Source of the DNA: Podarcis pityusensis
Taxonomy: Eukaryota
DNA: 64,000 bases
Strand: one strand, 5' to 3'
NCBI GenBank assembly: GCA_964106645.2
Contig: OZ067040.1
Position numbers and translations under genes: made by a program. Below the pieces are notes generated by a model that saw only the letters and a program-made list of their open reading frames with translations, did not search any database and was not told where the DNA came from. This document shows positions 27,490 through 42,825 of the stretch, piece after piece (position 1 is the first letter of the stretch; each line of letters starts with the position of its first letter).

Positions 27490-27968
27490 CCGTATTTTTT
27501 GCCCCATAGTGCGCACCGCCCCATAGGACGCACCTAGTTTTTTTGGGGGGGGGGGAATAAAGAAAAAAAAATTTTTCCCCCCAGGCCCGAGCTTCCCCCA
27601 GTCCCAGCCCCGAGAACAGCGTGCTATCCGCAAGCCTAGGGAGGCCAGCGGTAAGTCGCGCCAGTCTCCCCAGGCTTCGGAATGCAGGCAGCTCTGCGCA
27701 GCCATCGGGAGGCGGGCGCGACTTCGCGCCTCGCTCCGGATGGCTGCGCAGAGCTGCGCTCGCCCCAGGACAGCAGGCAGCTCTGCGCAGCCATCGGGAG
27801 GCGGGCACGAAGTGGCGCCGGTCTCCCGAGGGTTGCACAGAGGTGCGCACCGACCCCTCTCGCTCTCCAGGCTTCAGCGAAAGCCTGCATTCGCCCCATA
27901 GAACGCACACACATTTCCCCTTCATTTTTGGAGGGGAAAAAGTGCGTCCTATAGGGCGAAAAATACGG
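27490..27968. mobile_element. Tc1/mariner-type MITE with CpG-rich repetitive interior
   Basis: TA-flanked CCGTATTTTT...AAAAATACGG; termini homologous (inverted) to 7330-7588. Confidence 0.85.
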
Positions 27969-28162
27969 TACTTTGTGTGGTGTTAACAATTATGATGCTC
28001 CTGTCACCAGTAACTCAACATTTCAGCAAAAGCATTATTGTTAGAACTAAATTGTTGTTAGCTGTTTAAAAATGACCATGCTTATATGACACAGGAGCAA
28101 ATTGGTGTAGATGTTTAAAAGCATGAATTTATTAGGTGCATTTGTGTAACCCAACATACTAG

Positions 28163-28375
<213 letters not shown>

Positions 28376-28473
28376 TAAAGGTTTCAGATCCAGAAGAGTC
28401 CTTCCACAAACAACATGGGTCCATAAACAGAAGGGGCTTTGATCTTGCATGAGTGGAAGGGGGGAAATGATAT

Positions 28474-28726
28474 ACAGCCATAGCTTGTATCTCAAAACGA
28501 CTTGCAAGACGAATGTTTTGGGTCCCGAATGCCTCAAATCTGGAAGTGATTGTTCCGGTTTGCAAACTTTCTTTGGAACCCGAACATCTGTAGCGACTTC
28601 CATGGCTTCTGATTGGCTGCAGGAACTTCCTGCTGCCAATCAGAAGCCGCGCCTTGGTTTCCAAACCATTTTGGAAGTCGAATGGACTTCCAGAACGGAT
28701 TCCATTCGACTTCCAAGGTACCACTG
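28474..28726. mobile_element. Tigger-like MITE (left end degraded)
   Basis: right end ...GGTACCACTG-TA matches the TIR class seen at 4799 and 21411. Confidence 0.6.
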
Positions 28727-30284
28727 TAAAGGTAACTCGCATCTTACTTTTATTTTACTTAAGCAATTGCATAAGTGAGGCAGAATATATAGAGAAAGGA
28801 GGAAACCCATTCCCCATTTATTTATCTCCCTGCCCCCAAGCTGTAATTGCTTTGGGAAAGCAGCAGGAGGGCTTTGGGACACTGCCAGAGCCTTTGCACA
28901 TCTTCCCCAAATCCGTGTAAGCAGCCCTCCACCTAGTGGGGTGGGGCGGTTCCCAGAGTTCCTGGCTTTATGTGTTTATGCGTGGAACCCTGGAACCTAA
29001 CCTTTGTGTAAGATGCAAGTTACCTGTATTCTGTGATCTGCCATCTCTCATGCTGTTCTGCAGGATCCTCCAGCTGTTTAGAGCAGATTTTCAAGAGGTT
29101 GCAAGAGCACGGGTAATTAGGCAGAAGTTGCCTCCTTTGCCCCTTTATTGTTTCAGTGATTAATGGTATTTGCATACTGATTAATTGTTATGAATGGAGC
29201 TCAATAATAGATACAATAATAGATATTAAACCAGCCCATATCTGGGCAAGAAGAGAATCTGTTCCATTTTCTATATTAAATTTCTCCAGTTTCTCAGGTC
29301 ACAAGTGAGATTTATTGACATCAAATTTTAACCCTCCAGTGGAAGGCACTTTCACTTGTGTAGTGGAGCTTTCACCCCCTCTGTGCCTCCTCCCGCCCCA
29401 ACTCTCTGCAGCCCCAAACCCACAAGAGCAGAGTTGAGCAATGCTGGGGGGAAAGGGGAAGTCCTGTTGCACATAAAAAGTTCACGTGTGATGTTGGATT
29501 TTACCCTTTTTTTAAAAAAAATTCTAATGGAGTCTGAATTTCTTTTGCTTCCGTCAATATTGAACTTCTGTATCCTAATTATTCACACTCTAACAGTTTA
29601 ATATTCATAGTGAACCCCTCAGCTAAATTATATCTGGATTTCCATTTATTAATTTTAAATATATACTTTTCACTATATGCCTCAAAGCAGCTTACAGAAA
29701 GAATAAGCATACAATATACAAAAGCCTAAACATATAATAATAAGCTAAAACATCAGAAAGTAAAAAAACACAAAGCAGCATTCATAGTGCAAAACCCTTC
29801 TGTAGTAAAACTGTGTTAACCTGGCACCTGGAACTTAGCAGGGGTGGTGCCTGCTCAGCTGCTTGTTGTGCCGCAGGTGGTTTTCTTGTTCATACGGGAT
29901 TATGAATAATTCTGCCTCCGAAGATCTCAATGATCCTGGGCCCAAGTTGTTCAGGGCTTTGTACACCGATAGCGAAAACCTTGAATTAAGCTCAGTAGCA
30001 AGTGTATCTTAGAAGACTAAGTCTGGGGAATATAGAATTTAGATTTTTCTCTTCCCTTTATGGTCATGACACTAGGTACTTTGAACGACTTTAGGTGAAG
30101 CAACCTAAACTTAGATGTATGACTGCCAGTCTCCTAGAGACTGGGATCATACACAGCACAGCTTGCCTTCTTCTATATTTGATTTCAGCTTGGTTAGTAA
30201 CAGTTTTATTCCCCAGGGCTCGCTTTAACTTCGATTACATCTTTTCTCAAAAGTTATTACTTTCCCCCATCTTTATTTAAATAG

Positions 30285-30494
30285 GTGTTGATGGATATGT
30301 TCCATCAGGATGTAGAGGATATTAGTACGCTGACTTTATCTGATGAAGAACCCTCTACTTCTGGAGAACAAACCTACTATGATCTTGTAAAGTCATTCAT
30401 GGCAGAGGTTCGACAATATATAAGAGAACTAAATCTTGTAATAAAAGTTTTTAGAGAACCTTTTATTACCAACCCTAAGCTGTTTTCAGGTCAT
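30285..30494 (+). CDS. SOS1: SOS1 exon 5 (linker/DH start)
   Basis: 210 nt, AG/GT; VLMDMFHQD...KLFSGH. Confidence 0.96.
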
Positions 30495-31506
30495 GTAAGT
30501 ACTGCTATTTAATTTTATTTTGATATGATTGTTTTGGAAAAGCCTCTTCAGTTTGAGTCGTGTACAGCTTTAGCACAAAAACTTAATGAGCATAAGCATT
30601 TGAAAACCAAAAAATACTGTAGCCCTGTTTACAAGCTTAAATTCATGTATCCTCTACTGTGTGGGTGGGTGGTTGGATGTGTGGAAGCAGGAATGTGGTC
30701 ATTGCTGCCCTGGACAGAAGGGTAGCATATACATTTAATAAATGAATTAGCAAATCCACTCCATCATATTCTCAACAGCCTGTCTCTGCACTCACCCACA
30801 AGTTAGTGCTGAACGTCTGTAGCATGCCATCCATGTGTAAGGGTCATTATATGATTTGGAATCCTGCAGAATCAAGGTTGTGAAAAATGCAGATAGCATG
30901 CACAAATAAAGCAGGCTCCTCGATGCAGACATTCACTTTGCCTGTATGACAGGATGTAAAGCTAGTGAGTGCATCCTTCCTCACATTCAAATTTAAACCC
31001 TGAAAACATTTGTATAAATGCTATTTGAGGTGCTAGTATAGTCAATCCGGTTACAGGTGCCATCACACAGATACATACATACATACATACATGCATGTAT
31101 TTCACTTAAAACCTTTATCAGACAATCAAGTGACTAGCAGGACAAATTCCTGAAGACTGATTTACATCTTAATTCATGGTTATATGTGAACCAGCTTGCT
31201 TCTGCCTCTTTGGAGACCTGAAACGGGATATTACCCCCCTCAAACCTGCCCTCATTACAGGTATCCTGGATTTTCTAATGTTGCATTATCAATCCAATTA
31301 AGGGTTGGGATCTAAAGAGCCCCAGTTCCAAGTGAAAGATACATCTGTGCATAACTTGGGGAGAGGGCAGAAGAGATTTTTCTTTAGTCAAAAAGTGAAT
31401 GCTTGTTAGGAAACCCAATACTTGTACATTTTTTCTTATGTCTTAAATAGTTGCCATGAAATCTGTATTATTCAGGTTCTGCAGGATTTATTCTTGTTTT
31501 GATTGA

Positions 31507-31734
<228 letters not shown>

Positions 31735-32034
31735 TGACACATTGCTAATAAATTCTAGATGTATCCTATAAACTGCAATAAAATATATCCGTAATGCCAT
31801 ACTCTAAGCAGTGTATGTTGGCTAAAAATTTCAACTGCATGACTTAGAGGGATAGATTACTTGTTGGAAACCAGTTACTATTTACACAGCTATCTGTGCA
31901 TGTTCTTCTACTTCTAGTGTGTTTCGGTATATAATCTTTAAGAAAAAAAAAATCTCTTCTCACCTCCAAATATTTATTGATTAGACAATACTACTTATTA
32001 GTTCATAAGTGAATTATATCCAGTTGCTTTAAAC

Positions 32035-32171
32035 CAGGCTTCCTCAACCTCGGCCCTCCAGATGTTTTGAGACTACAATTCCCACAATCCCTGACCACTG
32101 TTCCTGCTAGCTAGGGATCATGGGAGTTGTACGCAAAAAACATATGGGGGAGCCGAGGTTGAGGAAGCCTG
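32035..32171. mobile_element. hAT-type MITE
   Basis: TIR CAGGCTTCCTCAACCTCGGC / GCCGAGGTTGAGGAAGCCTG; perfect 8-bp TSD CTTTAAAC. Confidence 0.9.
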
Positions 32172-32365
32172 CTTTAAACTCTGTCATACGTAGGTTGCTT
32201 TATTTTCAAACATTTTGTCTTATCTCGTATTAATTTATTTCTATATAACTTCTATATCATTTATAATCTGTTTATTATTATCTATATATAATATAATTTA
32301 ATTATACTCTTAAGCATTGTATATTAATAAACTGAGTGATTAATTTCAGTTGCAATCAGGAGCCT

Positions 32366-32421
32366 GTGTGTTGTGTTGTTTTGTTTTGTTTTGTTTTGTT
32401 TTGTGTTTTGCTTTGTTTTGT
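32366..32421. repeat. (GTTTT)n simple repeat
   Basis: direct inspection. Confidence 0.8.
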
Positions 32422-32676
32422 TCTACCATATAAGCTTTACTCCCTATTCCACTGAGTTGCTAATGACCAAAACAAATTGGAATCCAATGAATGTTGGTGC
32501 ATTGGCCAGTTTCTGGTATGGTATGCACTAATATTGATTGGGTTCCCAAATTAAGATAAGGCAGTAAACATATTCCTATCTATCTGTCTATCTATCTACC
32601 TACCTATCTGTATATTGCATGATAGCATTGAAACAGTGTTTGAGTAAACTGAAATATTCTAAAATCCTTTATTTAG

Positions 32677-32787
32677 GAGCTAGCATTTGATCCTTATGAA
32701 TCGTACACTCAAGATATTTTGCGGACTGGTTTTCATGACCATTTTCTTAGCCTACTGTCAAAGCCTGGTGCAGCATTCTATTTACAG
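32677..32787 (+). CDS. SOS1: SOS1 exon 7 (DH)
   Basis: 111 nt, AG/GT; [37 protein letters not shown]. Confidence 0.95.
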
Positions 32788-32870
32788 GTATGTTAAGTAG
32801 TAAAGTTTACAATGCAGATGATGCAATAATTGGACTTGTTTGTGAAACTGAAATATCTTTTCATTTCTAG

Positions 32871-32969
32871 TCAATAGGAGATGGTTTTAAAGAAGCTGTT
32901 CAGTATGTTTTACCCAGACTGCTTCTAGTTCCTGTTTACCATTGCCTTCACTATTTTGAACTTTTAAAG
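32871..32969 (+). CDS. SOS1: SOS1 exon 8 (DH)
   Basis: 99 nt, AG/GT; [33 protein letters not shown]. Confidence 0.95.
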
Positions 32970-33918
32970 GTAAGAGAGTGGTAGACATGATTGCATCTAA
33001 TATTTCAAAGATTTTACGTTTGATTTTAAATATCATTTGCAGCCCACTTATATTGTCATGTGATCTTGCTTTTGGCACTGGGGTTTTTCTGAAGAACAGT
33101 GCACAATTAGCAAGTAGAGTGCTGATGTAGGTAAATATGAATTTACAGTGTTCATATGCCACACTTCATAAAATCTTGTCCCAAGGTGGTTGATATAATT
33201 AAAAGCATAACAAGATACAAAAAAAAATCAAATAAAACAGTTAAACTTCAAAGTGATTTCCCCCCCTACAAAACCAGTGTTTAAAATAGGAGACCTTATA
33301 ATGCCTTAAAGGGATTAAAACATTTTGATCTGACACCTACATGGTAGTAAAAGGCACAAGGCAAATGCATCTGGGATTTTAAAAAGTTAAATTACAGTCA
33401 AGAGAATAGGGTGAGTTGTATATCTTGGGTGTTAAAGGGGTATGAATGTGCTTCTTAAGCCTACAAAGAATAAAACATAATGAAGATGCCTGAAACACCT
33501 CTGGGGGAAGGGGATTTCACAACTTAGACACTGGGATGTAGAATTACACACTTAAGTTATAGACTGGAAACAGTCTGTTATTGAAAACTGAGCACCTAGA
33601 TTTTAATTAAAGCTAGATGTTGGACTCCTCAGTTTGGCATCTTTACTTGCAACCATTTATCTTTCTTAGTCTCCTTTCTCCAAGTTAACACTCTTAACTT
33701 AAACTGATAGCAGTTGGCAGCCTCTATCTCAGTGTCTCAGTACTATGATTCCTTCCATGGAATGTGAACACTTGAGCAGGCTTCATGAGCCCTTCTCATA
33801 GATTGCTACCATATTATTTGATCTCTTAAGGGACTGTGACAAATTTTTTGCTGCTGAAGGATGAAATCTGATTTGTAAACTTATGTAGAAGTATTAACTA
33901 TTATTTTTACTTTCGTAG

Positions 33919-34047
<129 letters not shown>

Positions 34048-34685
34048 TAAATGCATTTCCACCCCCCACCGCACCCCTCGCTTTTAGCCTGGTTTGTTGT
34101 TCTATAAAGCCAGGCTTTCCAGTTTCCTCTTTCAGTAAACAATGAACAAAGCAGTTTGTGGCAAGCCTACTTTTTCAAAGGAAGTGACATCAAAGTCCAG
34201 ATAGCTATTGTTTTCAGAGTCTCTGATATGTGTGTGTCCTTGTACACTTCTAGTGAATGCATCTTGAGAATCTTCTGGTAAGCAGCAAGAAAAAAGGTTT
34301 TTCATTAGCTGTTAAGAAATAAAAATACCATGCAGAACCATTTGAAATGCCTAACAATTTTTCTGTTAACTCTTGATGCAGTTATTGTAGCGTGCGCTGT
34401 ATTTAAAGTAAACAACAGTGTGGTGTCAGATTTTCTTTCAGATGCTTACAATCTTAATCAGGAAATATTACTTGCCACTTTACTGTTTAATCAGAATTGA
34501 TTGGTTAACTGGAATTCTGTATTAGGCATATAATTTAAACATTAACAGTGACCATAGCACTTTCAGGTCTGGAACGTTTGAAGCTGGCTCATGGAACATA
34601 CTTTGAATACTTCTTCAGGCTAATTGTTTTCAAAGTTAAGCCTGCATTAGTTATTTTTTTGCTAGTATGTGCAGCTGCTGTTTGA

Positions 34686-35417
<732 letters not shown>

Positions 35418-37214
35418 TGAATTTTCGTTTATTAGTATCTTCTATCTTTCATACACCCAGAGAATCAAGGTGGTATAGGTTTCTGATAAAAGTGGCAGTT
35501 TGTAAAAAAACTTTTAGCAGTATCCTTGAGTTGAGTGACTATGCCTCTAGTTACACCTGTCCAGTAGCTCAGATGCTGGATCATTTTATCTCTGAGATAA
35601 AGAACAAAAAGCATACATCCAGTTGATGAGCATTAATATCCTGTTAACATTAACAAACCTACAGAGAACTAGAGCCGTTCTTTAGGAAACAGACTCAATT
35701 GAAATGTCATGTCAGCTGTGCTAGTATACATGCAGAAGCATAAACAGATAGTACAGACTAATTTATTACATCTATAAACTTCAGCAGCTGCCTACCAGAA
35801 GAGAGGGTATTTATGTGTAACAATGTGGTTTTGTAACATTGTTTTGTAATAGTGTAAATTTGTAAATTTATTTTTTTAAATAGAGGAATATGCTTATCTT
35901 AAATCACTTGAATCAGGTAGTCTCAAATAAATTGAAAACATTACCTATAATTTGTTCAAGTTGTGATATAGCAGTTAAGTATTGAATCAAATACCTTGGA
36001 ATGCAAACGTCTAGACTTATTTAAGGTACCCTCATATGCAATTGGTTCACCTATTTTATGTGCTTTGGTTACAGTATATTAATGGGGGAAATCTTAATTA
36101 TTTAAACTTGTCCACATATCCTAAAGGCCATTCCACTTTACAAAATAGTTGAGAAACACCTTTGACCCTAAATGTTGTGCTAAAGCATGATGCATTTGAT
36201 AGTGGTGGGGGTATGCTCATCTGACTTAGGATGTTTTTCCCCATGCTAGCTTTTAATATTTCATTTCAGAGAGGAAGGTTAAATCCATGGAAATTGTATT
36301 CAGGAGGACTTTTATGTAGAATTCTCTCCTCTCCTTTTTCTGGCTAATGGGTGCAGAATATAGTTACAGGAATAGCACTTGCTATGCAGTATTCGTAATA
36401 TGCCACAGTTGTATACAGGGCTGTGTGTATTTCATACTAAAAGGAATTCGGAACCCCAATCCAAATTCTGCTTTAATTAAAAGAATGGTTTTAGGTCATG
36501 TATAAATTGTGCAAAATCTGTATTTTAGCATAGATATGCATATGTTTGTGATTTTGCTAGTTATAGGACTGGTAAACATTCTTAAGCTATTCCTTGTGCA
36601 CCTACTGAAAAACTTATTCATCCACTACTCTGGCTTCTGAAGCTTTTGCAAGGTTTACCAAGTACTAAAAGGGACAGATATTAGCTTTTAAAAAATGAAA
36701 AAGCAGGATGCTGAATTCTGCATCCACTGCTACAGAAATGCAGCATGCACACAGCCCCATTGAGTTCCTAGAAAAATGTACATACCTTTTCCAGTTCTTT
36801 TTCATGAGAACAGTAAACAAAAACTACTGTGCATGAATATGCGGATATATTTGGATAGCTTCCCTTGCTTGTTTTTTGAGTTGCAGAGTTCTAAATCTTG
36901 AATCAATACCTCTTTTCACCTCTTCTAACTAAACAAACACATTCTCTTCAAATTGCTTAAATTGGTCATTAAAAGATCTAAATTCCATCACTAATGATTC
37001 CTTAAAATCATCAGTAGTGTATGTGCTTCTATATCAACTGTTTCTTTTCTCTAGCTGTTTCTATTGGCTATTCTAACAGCTAAAGCCACTACTTTTGGGA
37101 AAAATAATATCGTTATACATAGGTCAGTGGACCTCAGCATTAAACGCTGAAATTCATTCTTACCAAATCAGCACGATAAATAGAATAAACTCATTATCAT
37201 TTCAACAGACCATA

Positions 37215-37555
37215 GTAAAGCTTTTCAGTGGTGTCCTCCCATTTGTAGAATGCTCTCACCAGTAGAATCAGCTGGTGCTGACATTGATATCTTTTCAGCA
37301 CCAGGCAAAGGCATTCCTCTTCTAAGCATTTGAATGCTAATTCCTTGCTCTGTTTGTACTTTAACTGGATAAGTCTTTGATCGAGCTTTTGTTGAGGAGA
37401 GGAGCTATTTGTTTTATGATTTTATGTTTTAACCACTTTTAGTGGTGTTCTGGTTTTAAAATAAACATGTATTTTGTATTATTGGAATTCTATTTTTGTT
37501 AATCACTTTGAGATTCCTTGTAGAAAGCAACTAATAGATTGAATAAAAAATAAAC
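37215..37555 (+). mobile_element. old L2 3' end
   Basis: L2-like 3' region ending in an AATAAA/A-rich tail; approximate. Confidence 0.45.
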
Positions 37556-40081
37556 AGTTGCATCCAATGCTGTCCATGGACAAGCAGAATGGAGTTCAGC
37601 TCCTTCAACAAGACTTTCTCTGTTCCCCATTTCAGCCTCTCTGTATCCTCAAAACCTGCTCTGGTGGGTTGGAGGACACCCCCCCCCCTCCTTATATCAC
37701 AGATTTTGGAGACACACAGGGAACTGCAGGTTGGAGAAGTCCTGTTCTGTCAGCTTAAGTCCTTTTGCACAAGATTGGGTTGTGCAAAATCATAATGGGG
37801 GAAGGTGGGTGGGTTTGCCTTGGCTCACCTGGTATAGAAGCTCTGGCCCTCTCCATTCTACCCCATATACTGGGATGCTTTTTGTTGGTGACTAGTTTGT
37901 GTAAATGAATGGGAAGTTGGAATCGGGACCATTAGCTCCTTGTGGTGCAAAAGTGGCCAGGTTGAGCAAATGGCATTTAAATTCAGTATGGGTTATTTGA
38001 CAGAACTTTTACTTCTTCCCAAAGCCTTTGGTTTTTTTGGCCTCTGTTCACAGTTCTGTGTGTGGTAAAAGTTCATTTCCATTTCCTGATTTGGCCCTTC
38101 CAGTTTTGAAAGAGCTTGCAACTTTTTTTCTCTTGGAGGGTTGTGCTGTTCTATTTATAGAGCTTTGATACGTTGAATGCTTGTGCGTCAGCATAGTGTC
38201 CATTTCCTTTCTTAACGCATTCAGGAATGGTTATTTATGATTTTTTTAGATGTTGTTGTTCTTTTAGCTTTTTAAAATGCCTGTTTGAGGAGAGATTTAT
38301 CACATAGACAGACATCCTGACTTAACTGTGTGTGTGTATTTTTAACCAACGACTTGGCTCTATGAAGTCATTGCAGGAAAAGAATTTAGTAGGAAAATTG
38401 AACTTGCCGTAAAGTAACATCAAACAAAGTGATAGAAAGGTATGAGTTTTATAACTAAATGTGCATACTGAATAGTGTATGTAAATGCATTGTTCTAATG
38501 TTGGGACAGAAGTTACAGTAGCTGTCCCTTAGCCCTGATCAAGAATGGGCCCTGGGTTGATGCCCTCCTTCCATTAAAGTCTACTTCTGTGCTCCAGAAC
38601 ATCCCAGGTCAAATTAACCCCAAGTGATTCTGGTGCATGCACAGTGAACCCCATGATTAAGGGTGAGAGGAATTCATGTCTGAGAGGTTGAGGGCTATAT
38701 GAAAGGAGTGCATGAGGCTTATTCTCTCCTTGTAGGTAGTAGGAAATTCAGTATGGGGAAGGTCCCATCTCTGGGATTGGGTAGGCAGGACCTCTCCCCA
38801 AATCCATTCTTGGTCAGGGAAGGCTTTTACAAAGCTCACCCAAAGAGCTGAAGGTCATGTGAAGACACACTAATTAGGGTAACTGCATTCAAGTTGTTTC
38901 ATGTGCTGTGCAGTAGGGCCTTGACTTCCTCTTGCTGCAGTCTGAAGGAACCATGATGGTTAAATTCAACCCTTCAAGAGTCTCGAACCACCATAGACGT
39001 GGTAGCAGTGGACACTTTAAAATATTCAACATTGATCCTTGTCTTCTAATTTGGAAACAACAGAACTAAAAACAGTGTAAGCTTGCCAGGGAAGAGGATA
39101 AGATTTCTGGTTCAGGAGAGTTGTCTCTTGTTAAAATTGTAAAGAAGCAGAAGCCTTTTTTCTAGTTATTAGTACTGTATTTTTGTTGTTGTAAAAGGTA
39201 CTCGATATTTCAGTGGGTTGTGCAATGGGTTTAAATCATACTTTTAGTTATACTGCTATATGATTACATTTGGCCTTTGGCAAAACAATAAAGATTTGTG
39301 TTTGTCCCTAGCTAAATCTTCAGTCAGAGTAGCTTTAACCAAATAGTTTTGCTCAGAGCCTTTTAGGTTCTGTACAGCAGATGTGCTTATCCTGGGATTT
39401 ACTGCTGCTTGACATCCTTAAGTTAAACACCCTCCTGTGTACAAGAAAGAAGGGGAAAACTCTTTCTTGATAGGCTTCTGTTCTTCTGGTAGATAGTACA
39501 TTCTGACCACCCATCAGATGATGTGTTTTCGTGTTTGAGTATGGTTTGCATTGTTATTTGATTCTCTCACATGTGTAGTTTCCTACCTTGGAGCTTCCTT
39601 CACGATCTAGGGACACATTTCACCCCCCCAAGCAGTAGCAGCTAGCAGGGCAGCCCAGCCTGGTGGGTGCTATTCACCTAGCTTCCCAATGCTACACTCA
39701 CTGCTGACTACCGAAAGGGGGAGGGACAAGGCAGCAGGGAGCTTGGTGTGGTGTGGGCACAGTGGCAAAGCCGGTCCAATGCCCCCATCAAGCTCCTTAC
39801 TGTCTTGTCCCTCTCTCAGTAACCGGCAATGACATGCAGTGTTATTAGGCGAGATGTGCAACACGACCCTGCTTCCCCACTGGCTACTACTCCCTTCAGC
39901 AAAATACAGTTGGCTCCGCAGTCCCAGAAGCAAGATGTTGCTTTACCTAAGTACCTTTTCGCCTACAAAGAGAGCAGAAATCCATCTAGAATGAATGCCC
40001 TTTCCCCATTCCCTCAGCCATGATTAGGTGACATCTCTTACAACTGCATCAGACTCCAGGGTTTGAGGCTTCTGAAGTTAA

Positions 40082-40237
<156 letters not shown>

Positions 40238-40688
40238 TAAGAGGACTTTTCTGAAATACTGTGTTGTAATTTTGGTTCTCTTCTTCTGAGATGAGTTTTT
40301 AAATAACACTTTTATCCTATGGAAAGGGGGGGTGCATGTGTGTGTGCGTGCTTATGCCTATTCCCTCTTCCCCCTAAGCACATCCTGACTATTGTCCACT
40401 ACTTCCAGAATAGAAGTTAAGGGAGACTAAAAATCTCCCTTCCTCTAATAGAGCAGTCCCATCAGTGGAAATCTGTCCGTGGGAAACCTGAAGCCAACCC
40501 ATTTTTCTTTACAGATTTGCATTTAAGAAAAACCCAAATGCAAATTTCATGGGAAACAATTTCTTCCCAATTTAGTGTGAATCTTCAATTCCACATTCTG
40601 TGCTTTACATGCATACCTAAATAAATGAAGTTACAGCACATGACAGCTCTAATGTGTATGAAATTAAACACATATTTAATTTGAGGTA

Positions 40689-40886
40689 CAGTGGTATCTC
40701 AAGTTAAGAACTTAATTTGTTCTGGAAGCCCATTCTTAACCTGAGGTACCACTTTAGCTAATGGGGCCTCCCGAGGCCACCGTGCGATTTCTGTTCTCAT
40801 TCTGAAGCAAAGTTCTTAACCCGAGGTACTATTTCTGGGTTAGCAGAGTCTGTAACCTTAAGCGTATGTAACCTGAGGTACCACTG
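40689..40886. mobile_element. Tigger-like MITE (family of 4799); duplicated at 48257-48454
   Basis: TA-flanked CAGTGGTA...TACCACTG with shared interior. Confidence 0.85.
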
Positions 40887-41630
40887 TACAGGCAATTTTC
40901 CATTCACATGTGCTCTATTTGCATGTAACTATGTGCACATGGGGTGCCAGGAACCCAAAAGTGGATCCAGAAATGGGCATCACCCTGGAGAGTCCTCCTA
41001 GCTCATGGGGAGACTTTCCCCAGAGCCTCCCCACCTAACATCACATCAGCTGAGCAAACCCTGCAGCCCCCTAACTCAAGTGAGCCGGTCTGACTGCCTC
41101 AGCTGATGTGTGAGGAAGAAGCTTCCCTCCGCGTCAGCTGTGCAAACCCCGCTGCCCTCTCTGGCTTATGCCTGATCAACAGTGGGGCTTGCTGAGTGAC
41201 TCACTCCTCCAGGGTACTCCTGATATACACAGTTTTGGTTATACGCAGGGATGTCCGGACTGTAACCCCCACATAAATTGAGGGTTGTCTGCATTTAATG
41301 TGTAAAATACAAGTGCTATTCAGTTATGTCATACTAAGTAGTCAGATGCCTGTGTTGGCATCCATCTGTCTCAAGAGACAATGGAGTGCACCTCCAGGTG
41401 TGAAGTCAAACCACAGATGCCTGCATCTTTGCAAATTATTTCCATTTTACTCCAAACGATATTGAATTTATTTAATCTCAGATTGGTAACACTGTAGTAT
41501 ATTCCCTATTCAATCACACTTAAGGGTATTATACCTGTGTCAGTTGGAAAGCTTGAAATTTTATAGGGGTTGTGGCCTTTCCCTTTCCTGCCTGAATGGA
41601 ACTTTCCTAAATAAAATGTAAGAATGTTAG

Positions 41631-41831
<201 letters not shown>

Positions 41832-42708
41832 TAAGTAATCTTAAGTGTGTAAACTGCATCTTATTTAGATTTAGATCCCAGTTTTAAAAATCAGTGGGTG
41901 GGATCCAAAGGACTGTACAATGTTCTGTGCATATACCAGAGCTTTTCAACCTTCCCACCATTGTACTTTCAAAAAGCCACTTCTGATCCAGAGTTCCACA
42001 TGACTGTTCTTTATTTGAAATATATGCTTCAAAGTTTGTGTAATTTCCTAATGAACTGTGCTACATTTATTAATGTAGTTATAATATGCCTTATCTGAAA
42101 ATATTTCAGAAATGGCACTTCATCTACCTTGTGTTTCACTTGATAGTATTGTTGCTTATATATTTTCTTCATTACAGATCTTAATTCAGTGATACCATGC
42201 CTTTTCCAGAACATTATATCACCTAACTAATATTGTCTCATATTCTGTATTGTTTATTCACCATTTTAATTCCACTAGATGATGCACAAGCCATTACAAT
42301 CTAGAGGGAGATAGAATTCATCCTTGAGAGACATACTTTTTAACATTTTTAAGTGCATAGTAAATGTTAATTGGTAGCAGAACTTGAGGATGACCATAGA
42401 CATAAACTGCGAATCAGCTTGACCTTTTGCTCTGGCTAGGTTTCCTACCACTGCACACATTCACTTATTACCCAGCTACCAGAGCTTGGACTGGAGATTG
42501 GGGGAACTCAGTGTTCTAGTCCTCCTTTTCGAGGCCCAGCAAGTCAGACAAGAGTTTTGGCATGGATCCTGACAGCTGTATGGCACTTCTTCAGGGAGTC
42601 AGGACAGTATATATGCTGTAAAATGAAACCAGCCCTACAGCTCTAGTAGACTTTGTCAAAAATAAATCATATAAACATTGTCCTCAAATATTGTATAATC
42701 TCTGTTAA

Positions 42709-42825
<117 letters not shown>

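Noticed and set aside
27482-27989. Several overlapping 70-147 aa ORFs
   Set aside because: They arise from the GC-rich, stop-poor MITE interior; no recognisable domain.
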